In this document: piece after piece, positions 51,371 to 63,940 of the stretch
How positions within the stretch are numbered: position 1 is the stretch's first letter
Layout: every line of letters starts with the position of its first letter
From: the human T2T-CHM13v2.0 reference genome, Homo sapiens
Strand: one strand, 5' to 3'
DNA: 64,000 bases
NCBI RefSeq assembly: GCF_009914755.1
Contig: NC_060925.1
Program-made: the position numbers and the translations under genes
Notes under the pieces: generated by a model
What the model was told of the DNA's origin: nothing
Database searches by the model: none
Seen by the model: the letters and a program-made list of their open reading frames with translations, nothing else

Positions 51371-53070
51371 AATTCTCAGTAACTTCCTTGTGTTGTGTGT
51401 ATTCAACTGACAGAGTTGAACTTTCATTTAGAGAGAGCAGATTTGAAACACTGTTTTTGTGGAATTTGCAAGTGGAGATTTCAAGCGCTTTGGGGCCAAA
51501 GGCAGAAAAGGAAATATCTTCGTATAAAAACTAGACAGAATCATTCTCAGAAACTGCTGCGTGATGTGTGCGTTCAACTCTCAGAGTTTAACTTTTCTTT
51601 TCATTCAGCGGTTTGGAAACACTCTGTTTGTAAAGTCTGCACGTGGATATTTTGACCACTTAGAGGCCTTCGTTGGAAACGGGTTTTTTTCATGTAAGGC
51701 TAGACAGAAGAATTCCCAGTAACTTCCTTGTGTTGTGTGCATTCAACTCACAGAGTTGAACGTTCCCTTAGACATAGCAGATTTGAAACACTCTCTTTGT
51801 GCAATTTGCAAGTGTAGATTTCAAGCGCTTTAAGGTCAACGGCAGAAAAGGAAATATCTTCGTTTCAAAACTAGACAGAATCATTCCCACAAACTGCGTT
51901 GTGATGTGTTCGTTCAACTCACAGAGTTTAACCTTTCTGTTCATAGAGCAGTTAGGAAACACTCTGTTTGTAAAGTCTGTAAGTGGATATTCTGACATCT
52001 TGTGGCCTTCGTTGGAAACGGGATTTCTTCATATTCTGCTAGACAGAAGAATTCTCAGTAACTTCCTTGTGTTGTGTGTATTCAACTCACAGAGTTGAAC
52101 GATCCTTTACACAGAGCAGACTTGAAACACTCTTTTTGTGGAATTTGAAAGTGGAGATTTCAGCCGCTTTGAGGTCAATGGTAGAAAAGGAAACTATCTT
52201 CATATAAAGACTAGACAGAATGATTCTCAGAAAATCTTTTGTGATGTGTGCGTTCAACTCACAGAGTTTAACTTTTCTTCTCATAGAGCAGTTAGGAAAC
52301 ACTCTGTTTGTAAAGTCTGCAAGTGGATATTCAGACCTCTTTGAGGCCTTCGTTGGAAACGGGATTTCTTCATATTATGCTAGACAGAATAATTCTCAGT
52401 AACTTCCTTGTGTTGTGTGTATTCAACTCACAGAGTTGAAGGATCCTTTACAGAGAGCAGGCTTGAAACACTCTTTTTGTCGAATTTGCAAGTGGAGATT
52501 TCAGCCGCTTTGAGGTCAATGGTAGAATAGGAAATATCTTCTTATAGAAACTAGACAAAATGATTCTCATGAACTCCTTTGTGATGTGTGCGTTCAACTC
52601 ACAGAGTTTAACCTTTCTTTTCATAGAGCAGTTAGGAAACACTCTGTTTGTAAAGTCTGCAAGTGGATATTCAGACCTCCTTGAGGCCTTCGTTGGAAAC
52701 GGGATTTCTTCATATTCTGCTAGACAGAAGAATTCTCAGTAACTTCCTTGTGTTGTGTCTATTCAACTCACAGAGTTGAATGATCCTTTACACAGAGCAG
52801 ACTTGAAACACTCTTTTTGTGGAATTTGCAAGTGGAGATTTCAGCCGCTTTGAGGTCAATGGTAGAAAAGTAAATATCTTCGTATAAAGACTAGACAGAA
52901 TGATTCTCAGAAACTCCTTTGTGATGTGTGTGTTCAACTCACAGAGTTTAACCTTTCTTTTCATAGAGCAGTTAGTAAACACTCTGTTTATAAAGTCTGC
53001 AAGTGGATATTCAGACCCCTTTGAGGCCTTCGTTGGAAACGGGATTTCTTCATATTATGCTAGACAGAAG
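51371..53070 (+). repeat. HOR variant, 10-mer (1700 bp): XY-G-H-C/D hybrid
   Basis: Anchor spacing 51395->53095. Confidence 0.85.
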
Positions 53071-56000
53071 AATTCTCAGTAACTTCCTTGTGTTGTGTGT
53101 ATTCAACTGACAGAGTTGAACTTTCATTTAGAGAGAGCAGATTTGAAACACGGTTTTTGTGGAATTTGCAAGTGGAGATTTCAAGCGCTTTGGGGCCAAA
53201 GGCAGAAAAGGAAATATCTTCGTATAAAAACTAGACAGAATCATTCTCAGAAACTGCTGCGTGGTGTGTGCGTTCAACTCTCAGAGTTTAACTTTTCTTT
53301 TCATTCAGCGGTTTGGAAACACTCTGTTTGTAAAGTCTGCACGTGGATATTTTGACCACTTAGAGGCCTTCGTTGGAAACGGGTTTTCTTCATGTAAGGC
53401 TAGACAGAAGAATTCCCAGTAACTTCCTTGTGTTGTGTGCATTCAACTCACAGAGTTGAACGTTCCCTTAGACAGAGTAGATTTGAAACACTCTCTTTGT
53501 GCAATTTGCAAGTGTAGATTTCAAGCGCTTTAAGGTCAATGGCAGAAAAGGAAATATCTTCGTTTCAAAACTAGACAGAATCATTCCCACAAACTGCGTT
53601 GTAATGTGTTCGTTCAACTCACAGAGTTTAACCTTTCTGTTCATAGAGCAGTTAGGAAACACTGTGTAAAGTCTGTAAGTGGATATTCTGACATCTTGTG
53701 GCCTTCGTTGGAAACGGGATTTCTTCATATTCTGCTAGACAGAAGAATTCTCAGTAACTTCCTTGTGTTGTGTGTATTCAACTCACAGAGTTGAACGATC
53801 CTTTACACAGAGCAGACTTGAAACACTCTTTTTGTGGAATTTGCAAGTGGAGATTTCAGCCGCTTTGATGTCAATGGTAGAAAAGGAAATATCTTCGTAT
53901 AAAGACTAGACAGAATGATTCTCAGAAACTCTTTTGTGATGTGTGCCTTCAACTCACAGAGTTTAACCTTTCTGTTCATAGAGCAGTTAGGAAACACTCT
54001 GTTTGTAAAGTCTGCAAGTGGATATTCAGACCTCCTTGAGACCTTCGTTGGAAACGGGATTTCTTCATATTCTGCTAGACAGAAGAATTCTCAGTAACTT
54101 CCTTGTGTTGTGTGTATTCAACTCACAGAGTTGTACGATCCTTTACACAGAGCAGACTTGAAACACTCTTTTTGTGGAATTTGCAAGTGGAGATTTCAGC
54201 CGCTTTGAGGTCAATGGTAGAAAAGGAAATATCTTCGTATAAAGACTAGACAGAATGATTCTCAGAAACTCCTTTGTGATGTGTGCGTTCAACTCACAGA
54301 GTTTAACCTTTCTGTTCATAGAGCAGTTAGGAAACACTCTGTTTGTAAAGTCTGCAAGTGGATATTCAGACCTCCTAGAGGCCTTCGTTGGAAACGGGAT
54401 TTCTTCATATTCTGCTAGACAGAAGAATTCTCAGTAACTTCCTTGTGTTGTGTGTATTCAACGCACAGAGTTGAACGATCCTTTACACAGAGCAGACTTG
54501 AAACACTCTTTTTGTGGAATTTGCAAGTGGAGATTTCAGCCGCTTTGAGGTCAATGGTAGAAAAGGAAACTATCTTCATATAAAGACTAGACAGAATGAT
54601 TCTCAGAAAATCTTTTGTGATGTGTGCGTTCAACTCACAGAGTTTAACTTTTCTTCTCATAGAGCAGTTAGGAAACACTCTGTTTGTAAAGTCTGCAAGT
54701 GGATATTCAGACCTCTTTGAGGCCTTCGTTGGAAACGGGATTTCTTCATATTATGCTAGACAGAATAATTCTCAGTAACTTCCTTGTGTTGTGTGTATTC
54801 AACTCTCAGAGTTGAAGGATCCTTTACAGAGAGCAGGCTTGAAACACTCTTTTTGTCGAATTTGCAAGTGGAGATTTCAGCCGCTTTGAGGTCAATGGTA
54901 GAATAGGAAATATCTTCTTATAGAAACTAGACAGAATGATTCTCATAAACTCCTTTGTGATGTGTGCGTTCAACTCACAGAGTTTAACCGTTCTTTTCAT
55001 AGAGCAGTTAGGAAACACTCTGTTTGTAAAGTCTGCAAGTGGATATTCAGACCTCCTTGAGGCCTTCGTTGGAAACGGGATTTCTTCATATTCTGCTAGA
55101 CAGAAGAATTCTCAGTAACTTCCTTGTGTTGTGTGTATTCAACTCACAGAGTTGAATGATCCTTTACACAGAGCAGACTTGAAACACTCTTTTTGTGGAA
55201 TTTGCAAGTGGAGATTTCAGCCGCTTTGAAGTCAATGGTAGAAAAGAAAATATCTTCGTATAAAGACTAGACAGAATGATTCTCAGAAACTCCTTTGTGA
55301 TGTGTGCGTTCAACTCACAGAGTTTAACCTTTCTGTTCATAGAGCAGTTAGGAAACACTCTGTTTGTAAAGTCTGCAAGTGGATATTCAGACCTCCTTGA
55401 GGCCTTCGTTGGAAACGGGATTTCTTCATATTCTGATAGACAGAAGAATTCTCAGTAACTTCCTTGTGTTGTCTGTATTCAACTCACAGAGTTGAACGAT
55501 CCTTTACACGGAGCAGACTTGAAACACTCTTTTTGTGGAATTTGCAAGTGGAGATTTCAGCCGCTTTGAGGTCAATAGTAGAAAAGGAAATATCTTCGTA
55601 TAAAGACTAGACAGAATGATTCTCATAAACTCCTTTGTGATGTGTGCGTTCAACTCACAGAGTTTAACGTTTCTTTTCATAGAGCAGTTACGAAAAACTC
55701 TGTTTGTAAAGTCTGCAAGTGGATATTCAGACCTCTTTGAGGCCTTCGTTGGAAACGGGATTTCTTCATATTATGCTAGACAGAATAATTCTCAGTAACT
55801 TCCTTGTGTTGTGTGTATTCAACTCACAGAGTTGAACGATCCTTTACACAGAGCAGACTTGAAACACTCTTTTTGTGGAATTTGCAAGTGGAGATTTCAG
55901 CCGCTTTGAGGTCAATGGTAGAATAGGAAACTATCTTCATATAAAGACTAGACAGAATGATTCTCAGAAAATCTTTTGTGATGTGTGCGTTCAACTCACA

Positions 56001-56805
56001 GAGTTTAACTTTTCTTCTCATAGAGCAGTTAGGAAACACTCTGTTTGTAAAGTCTGCAAGTGGATATTCAGACCTCCTTGAGGCCTTCGTTGGAAACGGG
56101 ATTTCTTCATATTCTGCTAGACAGAAGAATTCTCAGTAACTTCCTTGTGTTGTGTGTATTCAACTCAGAGTTGAACGATCCTTTACACAGAGCAGACTTG
56201 AAACATTCTTTTTGTGGAATTTGCAAGTGGAGATTTCAGCCGCTTTGAGGTCAATGGTAGAATAGGAAATATCTTCCTATAGAAACTAGACAGAACGATT
56301 CTCAGAAACTCCTTTGTGATGTGTGCGTTCAACTCACAGAGTTTAACCTTTCTTTTCATAGAGCAGTTAGGAAACACTCTGTTTGTAAAGTCTGTAAGTG
56401 GATACTCAGACCTCTTTGAGGCCTTCGTTGGAAACGGGATTTCTTCATATTCTGCTAGACAGAAGAATTCTCAGTAACTTGCTTGTGTTGTGTGTATTCA
56501 ACTCACAGAGTTGAACGATCCTTTACACAGAGCAGACTTGAAACACTCTTTTTGTGGAATTTGCAAGTGGAGATTTCAGCCGCTTTTAGGTCAATAGTAG
56601 AAAAGGAAATATCTTCGTAGAAAAACTAGACAGAATGATTCTCAGAAACTCCTTTGTGATGTGTGTGTTCAACTCACAGAGTTTAACCTTTCTTTTCATA
56701 GAGCAGTTAGTAAACACTCTGTTTATAAAGTCTGCAAGTGGATATTCAGACCCCTTTGAGGCCTTCGTTGGAAACGGGATTTCTTCATATTATGCTAGAC
56801 AGAAG
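53071..56805 (+). repeat. HOR variant, 22-mer (3735 bp), right-type, several small indels
   Basis: Anchor spacing 53095->56830. Confidence 0.83.
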
Positions 56806-59800
56806 AATTCTCAGTAACTTCCTTGTGTTGTGTGTATTCAACTGACAGAGTTGAACTTTCATTTAGAGAGAGCAGATTTGAAACACTGTTTTTGTGGAAT
56901 TTGCAAGTGGAGATTTCAAGCGCTTTGGGGCCAAAGGCAGAAAAGGAAATATCTTCGTATAAAAACTAGACAGAATCATTCTCAGAAACTGCTGCGTGAT
57001 GTGTGCGTTCAACTCTCAGAGTTTAACTTTTCTTTTCATTCAGCGGTTTGGAAGCACTCTGTTTGTAAAGTCTGCACGTGGAAATTTTGACCACTTAGAG
57101 GCCTTCGTTGGAAACGGGTTTTTTTCATGTAAGGCTTGACAGAAGAATTCCCAGTAACTTCCTTGTGTTGTGTGCATTCAACTCACAGAGTTGAACGTTC
57201 CCTTAGACAGAGCAGATTTGAAACACTCTATTTGTGCAATTTGCAAGTGTAGTTTTCAAGCTCTTTAAGGTCAACGGCAGAAAAGGAAATATCTTGGTTT
57301 CAAAACTAGACAGAATCATTCCCACAAACTGCGTTGTGCTGTGTTCGTTCAACTCACAGAGTTTAACATTTCTGTTCATAGAGCAGTTAGGAAACACTCT
57401 GTTTGTAAAGTCTGTAAGTGGATATTCAGACATCTTGTGGCCTTCGTTGGAAACGGGATTTCTTCATATTCTGCTAGACAGAAGAATTCTCAGTAACTTC
57501 CTTGTGTTGTGTGTATTCAACTCACAGAGTTGAACGATCCTTTACACAGAGCAGACTTGAAACCTTCTTTTTGTGGAATTTGCAAGTGGAGATTTCAGCC
57601 GCTTTGAGGTCAATGGTAGAATAGGAAATATGTTCCTATGGAAACTAGACAGAACGATTCTCACAAACTCCTTTGTGATGTGTGCGTTCAACTCACAGAG
57701 TTTAACCTTTCTTTTTCATAGAGCAGTTAGGAAACACTCTGTTTGTAAAGTCTGCAAGTGGATATTCAGACCTCTTTGAAGCCTTCGTTGGAAACGGGAT
57801 TTCTTCATATTCTGCTAGACAGAAGAATTCTCAGTAACTTCCTTGTGTTGTGTGTATTCAACTCACAGAGTTGAACGATCCTTTACACAGAGCAGACTTG
57901 AAACACTCTTTTTGTGGAATTTGCAAGTGGAGATTTCAGCCGCTTTGAGGTCAATAGTAGAAAAGGAAATATCTTCGTAGAAAAACTAGACAGAATGATT
58001 CTCAGAAACTTCTTTGTGATGTGTGTGTTCAACTCACAGAGTTTAACCTTTCTTTTCATAGAGCAGTTAGGAAACACTCTGCTTGTAAAGTCTGCAAGTG
58101 GATATTCAGACCTCGTTGAGGCCTTCGTTGGAAACGGGATTTCTTCATATTCTGCTAGACAGAAGAATTCTCAGTAACTTCCTTGTGTTGTGTTTATTCA
58201 ACTCACAGAGTTGAATGATCCTTTACACAGAGCAGACTTGAAACACTCTTTTTGTGGAATTTGCAAGTGGAGATTTCAGCCGCTTTGTGGTCAATGGTAG
58301 AAAAGGAAATATCTTCGTATAAAGACTAGACAGAATGATTCTCAGAAACTCCTTTGTGATGTGTGCGTTCAACTCACAGAGTTTAACCTTTCTGTTCATA
58401 GAGCTGTTAGGAAACACTCTGTTTGTAAAGTCTGCAAGTGGATATTCAGACCTCCTTGAGGCCTTCGTTGGAAACGGGATTTCTTCATATTCTGCTAGAC
58501 AGAAGAATTCTCAGTAACTTCCTTGTGTTGTGTGTATTCAACTCACAGAGTTGAACGATCCTTTACACAGAGCAGACTTGAAACACTCTTTTTGTGGAAT
58601 TTGCAAGTGGAGATTTCAGCCGCTTTGAGGTCAATGGTAGAAAAGGAAATATCTTCGTATAAAGACTAGACAGAATGATTCTCAGAAACTCCTTTGTGAT
58701 GTGTGCGTTCAACTCACAGAGTTTAACTTTTCTTCTCATAGAGCAGTTAGGAAACACTCTGTTTGTAAAGTCTGCAAGTGGATATTCAGACCTCTTTGAG
58801 GCCTTCGTTGGAAACGGGATTTCTTCATATTACGCTAGAGAGAATAATTCTCAGTAACTTCCTTGTGTTGTGTGTATTCAACTCACAGAGTTGAAGGATC
58901 CTTTAGAGAGAGCAGGTTTGAAACACTCTTTTTGTCGAATTTGCAAGTGGAGATTTCAGCCGCTTTGAGGTCAATGGTAGAATAGGAAATATCTTCTTAT
59001 AGAAACTAGACAGAATGATTCTCATAAACTCCTTTGTGATGTGTGCGTTCAACTCACAGAGTTTAACCTTTCTTTTCATAGAGCAGTTAGGAAACACTCT
59101 GTTTGTAAAGTCTGCAAGTGGATATTCAGACCTCCTTGAGGCCTTCGTTGGAAACGGGATTTCTTCATATTCTGCTAGACAGAAGAATTCTCAGTAACTT
59201 CCTTGTGTTGTGTTTATTCAACTCACAGAGTTGAACGATCCTTTACACAGAGCAGACTTGAAACACTCTTTTTGTGGAATTTGCAAGTGGAGATTTCAGC
59301 CGCTTTGAGGTCAATGGTAGAAAAGGAAATATCTTCGTATAAAGACTAGACAGAATGATTCTCAGAAACTCCTTTGTGATGTGTGCGTTCAACTCACAGA
59401 GTTTAACTTTTCTTTTCATAGAGCAGTTAGGAAACACTCTGTTTGTAAAGTCTGCAAGTGGATATTCAGACCTCTTTGAGTCCTTCATTGGAAACGGGAT
59501 TTCTTCATATTATGCTAGACAGAAGAATTCTCAGTAACTTCCTTGTGTTGTGTGTATTCAACTCACAGAGTTGAACGATCCTTTACACTGAGCAGACTTG
59601 AAACATTCTTTTTGTGGAATTTGCAAGTGGAGATTTCAGCCGCTTTGGGGTCAATGGTAGAATAGGAAATATCTTCCTATAGAAACTAGTCAGAACGATT
59701 CTCAGAAACTCCTTTGTGATGTGTGCGATCAACTCACAGAGTTTAACCTTTCTTTTCATAGAGCAGTTAGGAAACACTCTGTTTGTAAAGTCTGCAAGTG

Positions 59801-60205
59801 GATATTCAGACCTCTTTGAGGCCTTCGTTGGAATCGGGATTTCTTCATATTCTGCTAGACAGAAGAATTCTCAGTAACTTCCTTGTGTTGTGTGTATTCA
59901 ACTCACAGAGTTGAACGATCCTTTACACAGAGCAGACTTGAAACACTCTATTTGTAGAATTTGCAAGTGGAGATTTCAGCCGCTTTGAGGTCAATAGTAG
60001 AAAAGGAAATATCTTCGTAGAAAAACTAGACAGAATGATTCTCAGAAACTCCTTTGTGATGTGTGTGTTCAACTCACAGAGTTTAACCTTTCTTTTCATA
60101 GAGCAGTTAGTAAACACTCTGTTTATAAAGTCTGCAAGTGGATATTCAGACCCCTTTGAGGCCTTCGTTGGAAACGGGGTTTCTTCATATTATGCTAGAC
60201 AGAAG
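56806..60205 (+). repeat. HOR variant, 20-mer (3400 bp): XY-A-B-C-E/G-H-E-A-D
   Basis: Anchor spacing 56830->60230. Confidence 0.83.
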
Positions 60206-63200
60206 AATTCTCAGTAACTTCCTTGTGTTGTGTGTATTCAACTGACAGAGTTGAACTTTTATTTAGAGAGAGCAGATTTGAAACTCTGTTTTTGTGGAAT
60301 TTGCAAGTGGAGATTTCAAGCGCTTTGGGGCCAAAGGCAGAAAAGGAAATATCTTCGTATAAAAACTAGACAGAATCATTCTCAGAAACTGCTGCGTGAT
60401 GTGTGCGTTCAACTCTCAGAGTTTAACTTTTCTTTTCATTCAGCGGTTTGGAAACACTCTGTTTGTAAAGTCTGCACGTGGAAATTTTGACCACTTAGAG
60501 GCCTTCGTTGGAAACGGGTTTTTTTCATGTAAGGCTAGACAGAAGAATTCCCAGTAACTTCCTTGTGTTGTGTGCATTCAACTCACAGAGTTGAACGTTC
60601 CCTTAGACAGAGCAGATTTGAAACACTCTATTTGTGCAATTTGCAAGTGTAGTTTTCAAGCTCTTTAAGGTCAACGGCAGAAAAGGAAATATCTTGGTTT
60701 CAAAACTAGACAGAATCATTCCCACAAACTGCGTTGTGATGTGTTCGTTCAACTCACAGAGTTTAACATTTCTGTTCATAGAGCAGTTAGGAAACACTCT
60801 GTTTGTAAAGTCTGTAAGTGGATATTCAGACATCTTGTGGCCTTCGTTGGAAACGGGATTTCTTCCTATTCTGCTAGACAGAAGAATTCTCAGTAACTTC
60901 CTTGTGTTGTGTGTATTCAACTCACAGAGTTGAACGATCCTTTACACAGAGCAGACTTGAAACATTCTTTTTGTGGAATTTGCAAGTGGAGATTTCAGCC
61001 GCTTTGAGGTCAATGGTAGAATAGGAAATATGTTCCTATAGAAACTAGACAGAACGATTCTCAGAAACTCCTTTGTGATGTGTGCGTTCAACTCACAGAG
61101 TTTAACCTTTCTTTTTCATAGAGCAGTTAGGAAACACTCTGTTTGTAAAGTCTGCAAGTGGATATTCAGACCTCTTTGAGGCCTTCGTTGGAAACGGGAT
61201 TTCTTCATATTCTGCTAGACAGAAGAATTCTCAGTAACTTCCTTGTGTTGTGTGTATTCAACTCACAGAGTTGAACGATCCTTTACACAGAGCAGACTTG
61301 AAACACTCTTTTTGTGGAATTTGCAAGTGGAGATTTCAGCCGCTTTGAGGTCAATAGTAGAAAAGGAAATATCTTCGTAGAAAAACTAGACAGAATGATT
61401 CTCAGAAACTCCTTTGTGATGTGTGTGTTCAACTCACAGAGTTTAACCTTTCTTTTCATAGAGCAGTTAGGAAACACTCTGCTTGTAAAGTCTGCAAGTG
61501 GATATTCAGACCTCGTTGAGGCCGTCGTTGGAAACGGGATTTCTTCATATTCTGCTAGACAGAAGAATTCTCAGTAACTTCCTTGTGTTGTGTTTATGCA
61601 ACTCACAGAGTTGAATGATCCTTTACACAGAGCAGACTTGAAACACTCTTTTTGTGGAATTTGCAAGTGGAGATTTCAGCCGCTTTGTGGTCAATGGTAG
61701 AAAAGGAAATATCTTCGTATAAAGACTAGACAGAATGATTCTCAGAAACTCCTTTGTGATGTGTGCGTTCAACTCACAGAGTTTAACCTTTCTGTTCATA
61801 GAGCTGGTAGGAAACACTCTGTTTGTAAAGTCTGCAAGTGGATATTCAGACCTCCTTGCGGCCTTCGTTGGAAACGGGATTTCTTCATATTCTGCTAGAC
61901 AGAAGAATTCTCAGTAACTTCCTTGTGTTGTGTGTATTCAACTCACAGAGTTGAACGATCCTTTACACAGAGCAGACTTGAAACACTCTTTTTGTGGAAT
62001 TTGCAAGTGGAGATTTCAGCCGCTTTGAGGTCAATGGTAGAAAAGGAAATATCTTCGTATAAAGACTAGACAGAATGATTCTCAGAAACTCCTTTGTGAT
62101 GTGTGCGTTCAACTCACAGAGTTTAACTTTTCTTTTCATTGAGCAGTTAGGAAACACTCTGTAAAGTCTGCAAGTGGATATTCAGACCTCTTTGAGGCCT
62201 TCGTTGGAAACGGGATTTCTTCATATTATGCTAGACAGAAGAATTCTCAGTAACTTCCTTGTGTTGTGTGTATTCAACTCACAGAGTAGAACGATCCTTT
62301 ACACAGAGCAGACTAGAAACATTCTTTTCGTGGAATTTGCAAGTGGAGATTTCAGCCTCTTTGAGGTCAATCGTAGAATAGGAAATATCTTCCTATAGAA
62401 ACTAGACAGAACGATTCTCAGAAACTCCTTTGTGATGTGAGCGTTCAACTCACAGAGTTTAACCTTTCTTTTCTTAGAGCAGTTAGGAAACACTCTGTTT
62501 GTAAAGTCTGCAAGTGGATATTCAGACCTCTTTGAGGCCTTCGTTGGAAACGGGATTTCTTCATATTCTGCTAGACAGAAGAATTCTCAGTAACTTCCTT
62601 GTGTTGTGTTTATTCAACTCACAGAGTTGAATGATCCTTTACACAGAGCAGACTTGAAACACTCTTTTTGTGGAATTTGCAAGTGGAGATTTCAGCCGCT
62701 TTGTGGTCAATGGTAGAAAAGGAAATATCTTCGTATAAAGACTAGACAGAATGATTCTCAGAAACTCCTTTGTGATGTGTGCGTTCAACTCACAGAGTTT
62801 AACCTTTCTGTTCATAGAGCTGTTAGGAAACACTCTGTTTGTAAAGTCTGCAAGTGGATATTCAGACCTCCTTGAGGCCTTCGTTGGAAACGGGATTTCT
62901 TCATATTCTGCTAGACAGAAGAATTCTCAGTAACTTCCTTGTGTTGTGTGTATTCAACTCACAGAGTTGAACGATCCTTTACACTGAGCAGACTTGAAAC
63001 ACTCTTTTTGTGGAATTTGCAAGTGGAGATTTCAGCCGCTTTGAGGTCAATGGTAGAAAAGGAAATATCTTCGTATAAAGACTAGACAGAATGATTCTCA
63101 GAAACTCCTTTGTGATGTGTGCGTTCAACTCACAGAGTTAACTTTTCTTTTCATAGAGCAGTTAGGAAACACTCTGTTTGTAAAGTCTGCAAGTGGATAT

Positions 63201-63940
63201 TCAGACCTCTTTGAGGCCTTCGTTGGAAACGGGATTTCTTCATATTATGCTAGACAGAAGAATTCTCAGTAACTTCCTTGTGTTGTGTGTATTCAACTCA
63301 CAGAGTTGAACGATCCTTTACACAGAGCAGACTAGAAACATTCTTTTTGTGGAATTTGCAAGTGGAGATTTCAGCCGCTTTGAGGTCAATCGTAGAATAG
63401 GAAATATCTTCCTATAGAAACTAGACAGAACGATTCTCAGAAACTCCTTTGTGATGTGAGCGTTCAACTCACAGAGTTTAACCTTTCTTTTCATAGAGCA
63501 GTTAGGAAACACTCTGTTTGTAAAGTCTGCAAGTGGATATTCAGACCTCTTTGAGGCCTTCGTTGGAAACGGGATTTCTTCATATTCTGCTACACAGAAG
63601 AATTCTCAGTAACTTCCTTGTGTTGTGTGTATTCAACTCACAGAGTTGAACGATCCTTTACACAGAGCAGACTTGAAACACTCTATTTGTAGAATTTGCA
63701 AGTGGAGATTTCAGCCGCTTTGAGGTCAATAGTAGAAAAGGAAATATCTTCGTAGAAAAACTAGACAGAATGATTCTCAGAAACTCCTTTGTGATGTGTG
63801 TGTTCAACTCACAGAGTTTAACCTTTCTTTTCATAGAGCAGTTAGTAAACACTCTGTTTATAAAGTCTGCAAGTGGATATTCAGACCCCTTTGAGGCCTT
63901 CGTTGGAAACGGGATTTCTTCATATTATGCTAGACAGAAG
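60206..63940 (+). repeat. HOR variant, 22-mer (3735 bp): XY-A-B-C-E-F-C-E-F-D
   Basis: Anchor spacing 60230->63965; the next anchor begins at the window end (ctgacagagttgaactttcattta). Confidence 0.83.

Larger units (their letters stand above)
3..63914 (+). promoter_or_regulatory. Phased array of about 189 CENP-B box positions, one every ~340 bp (alternate monomers)
   Basis: CTTCGTTGGAAACGGGA is read directly at 343-359, 2382, 63898-63914 and so on. The core NTTCGNNNNANNCGGGN is intact in about 90% of positions; I counted 19 with core changes. The total is estimated from span/340. Confidence 0.96.
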
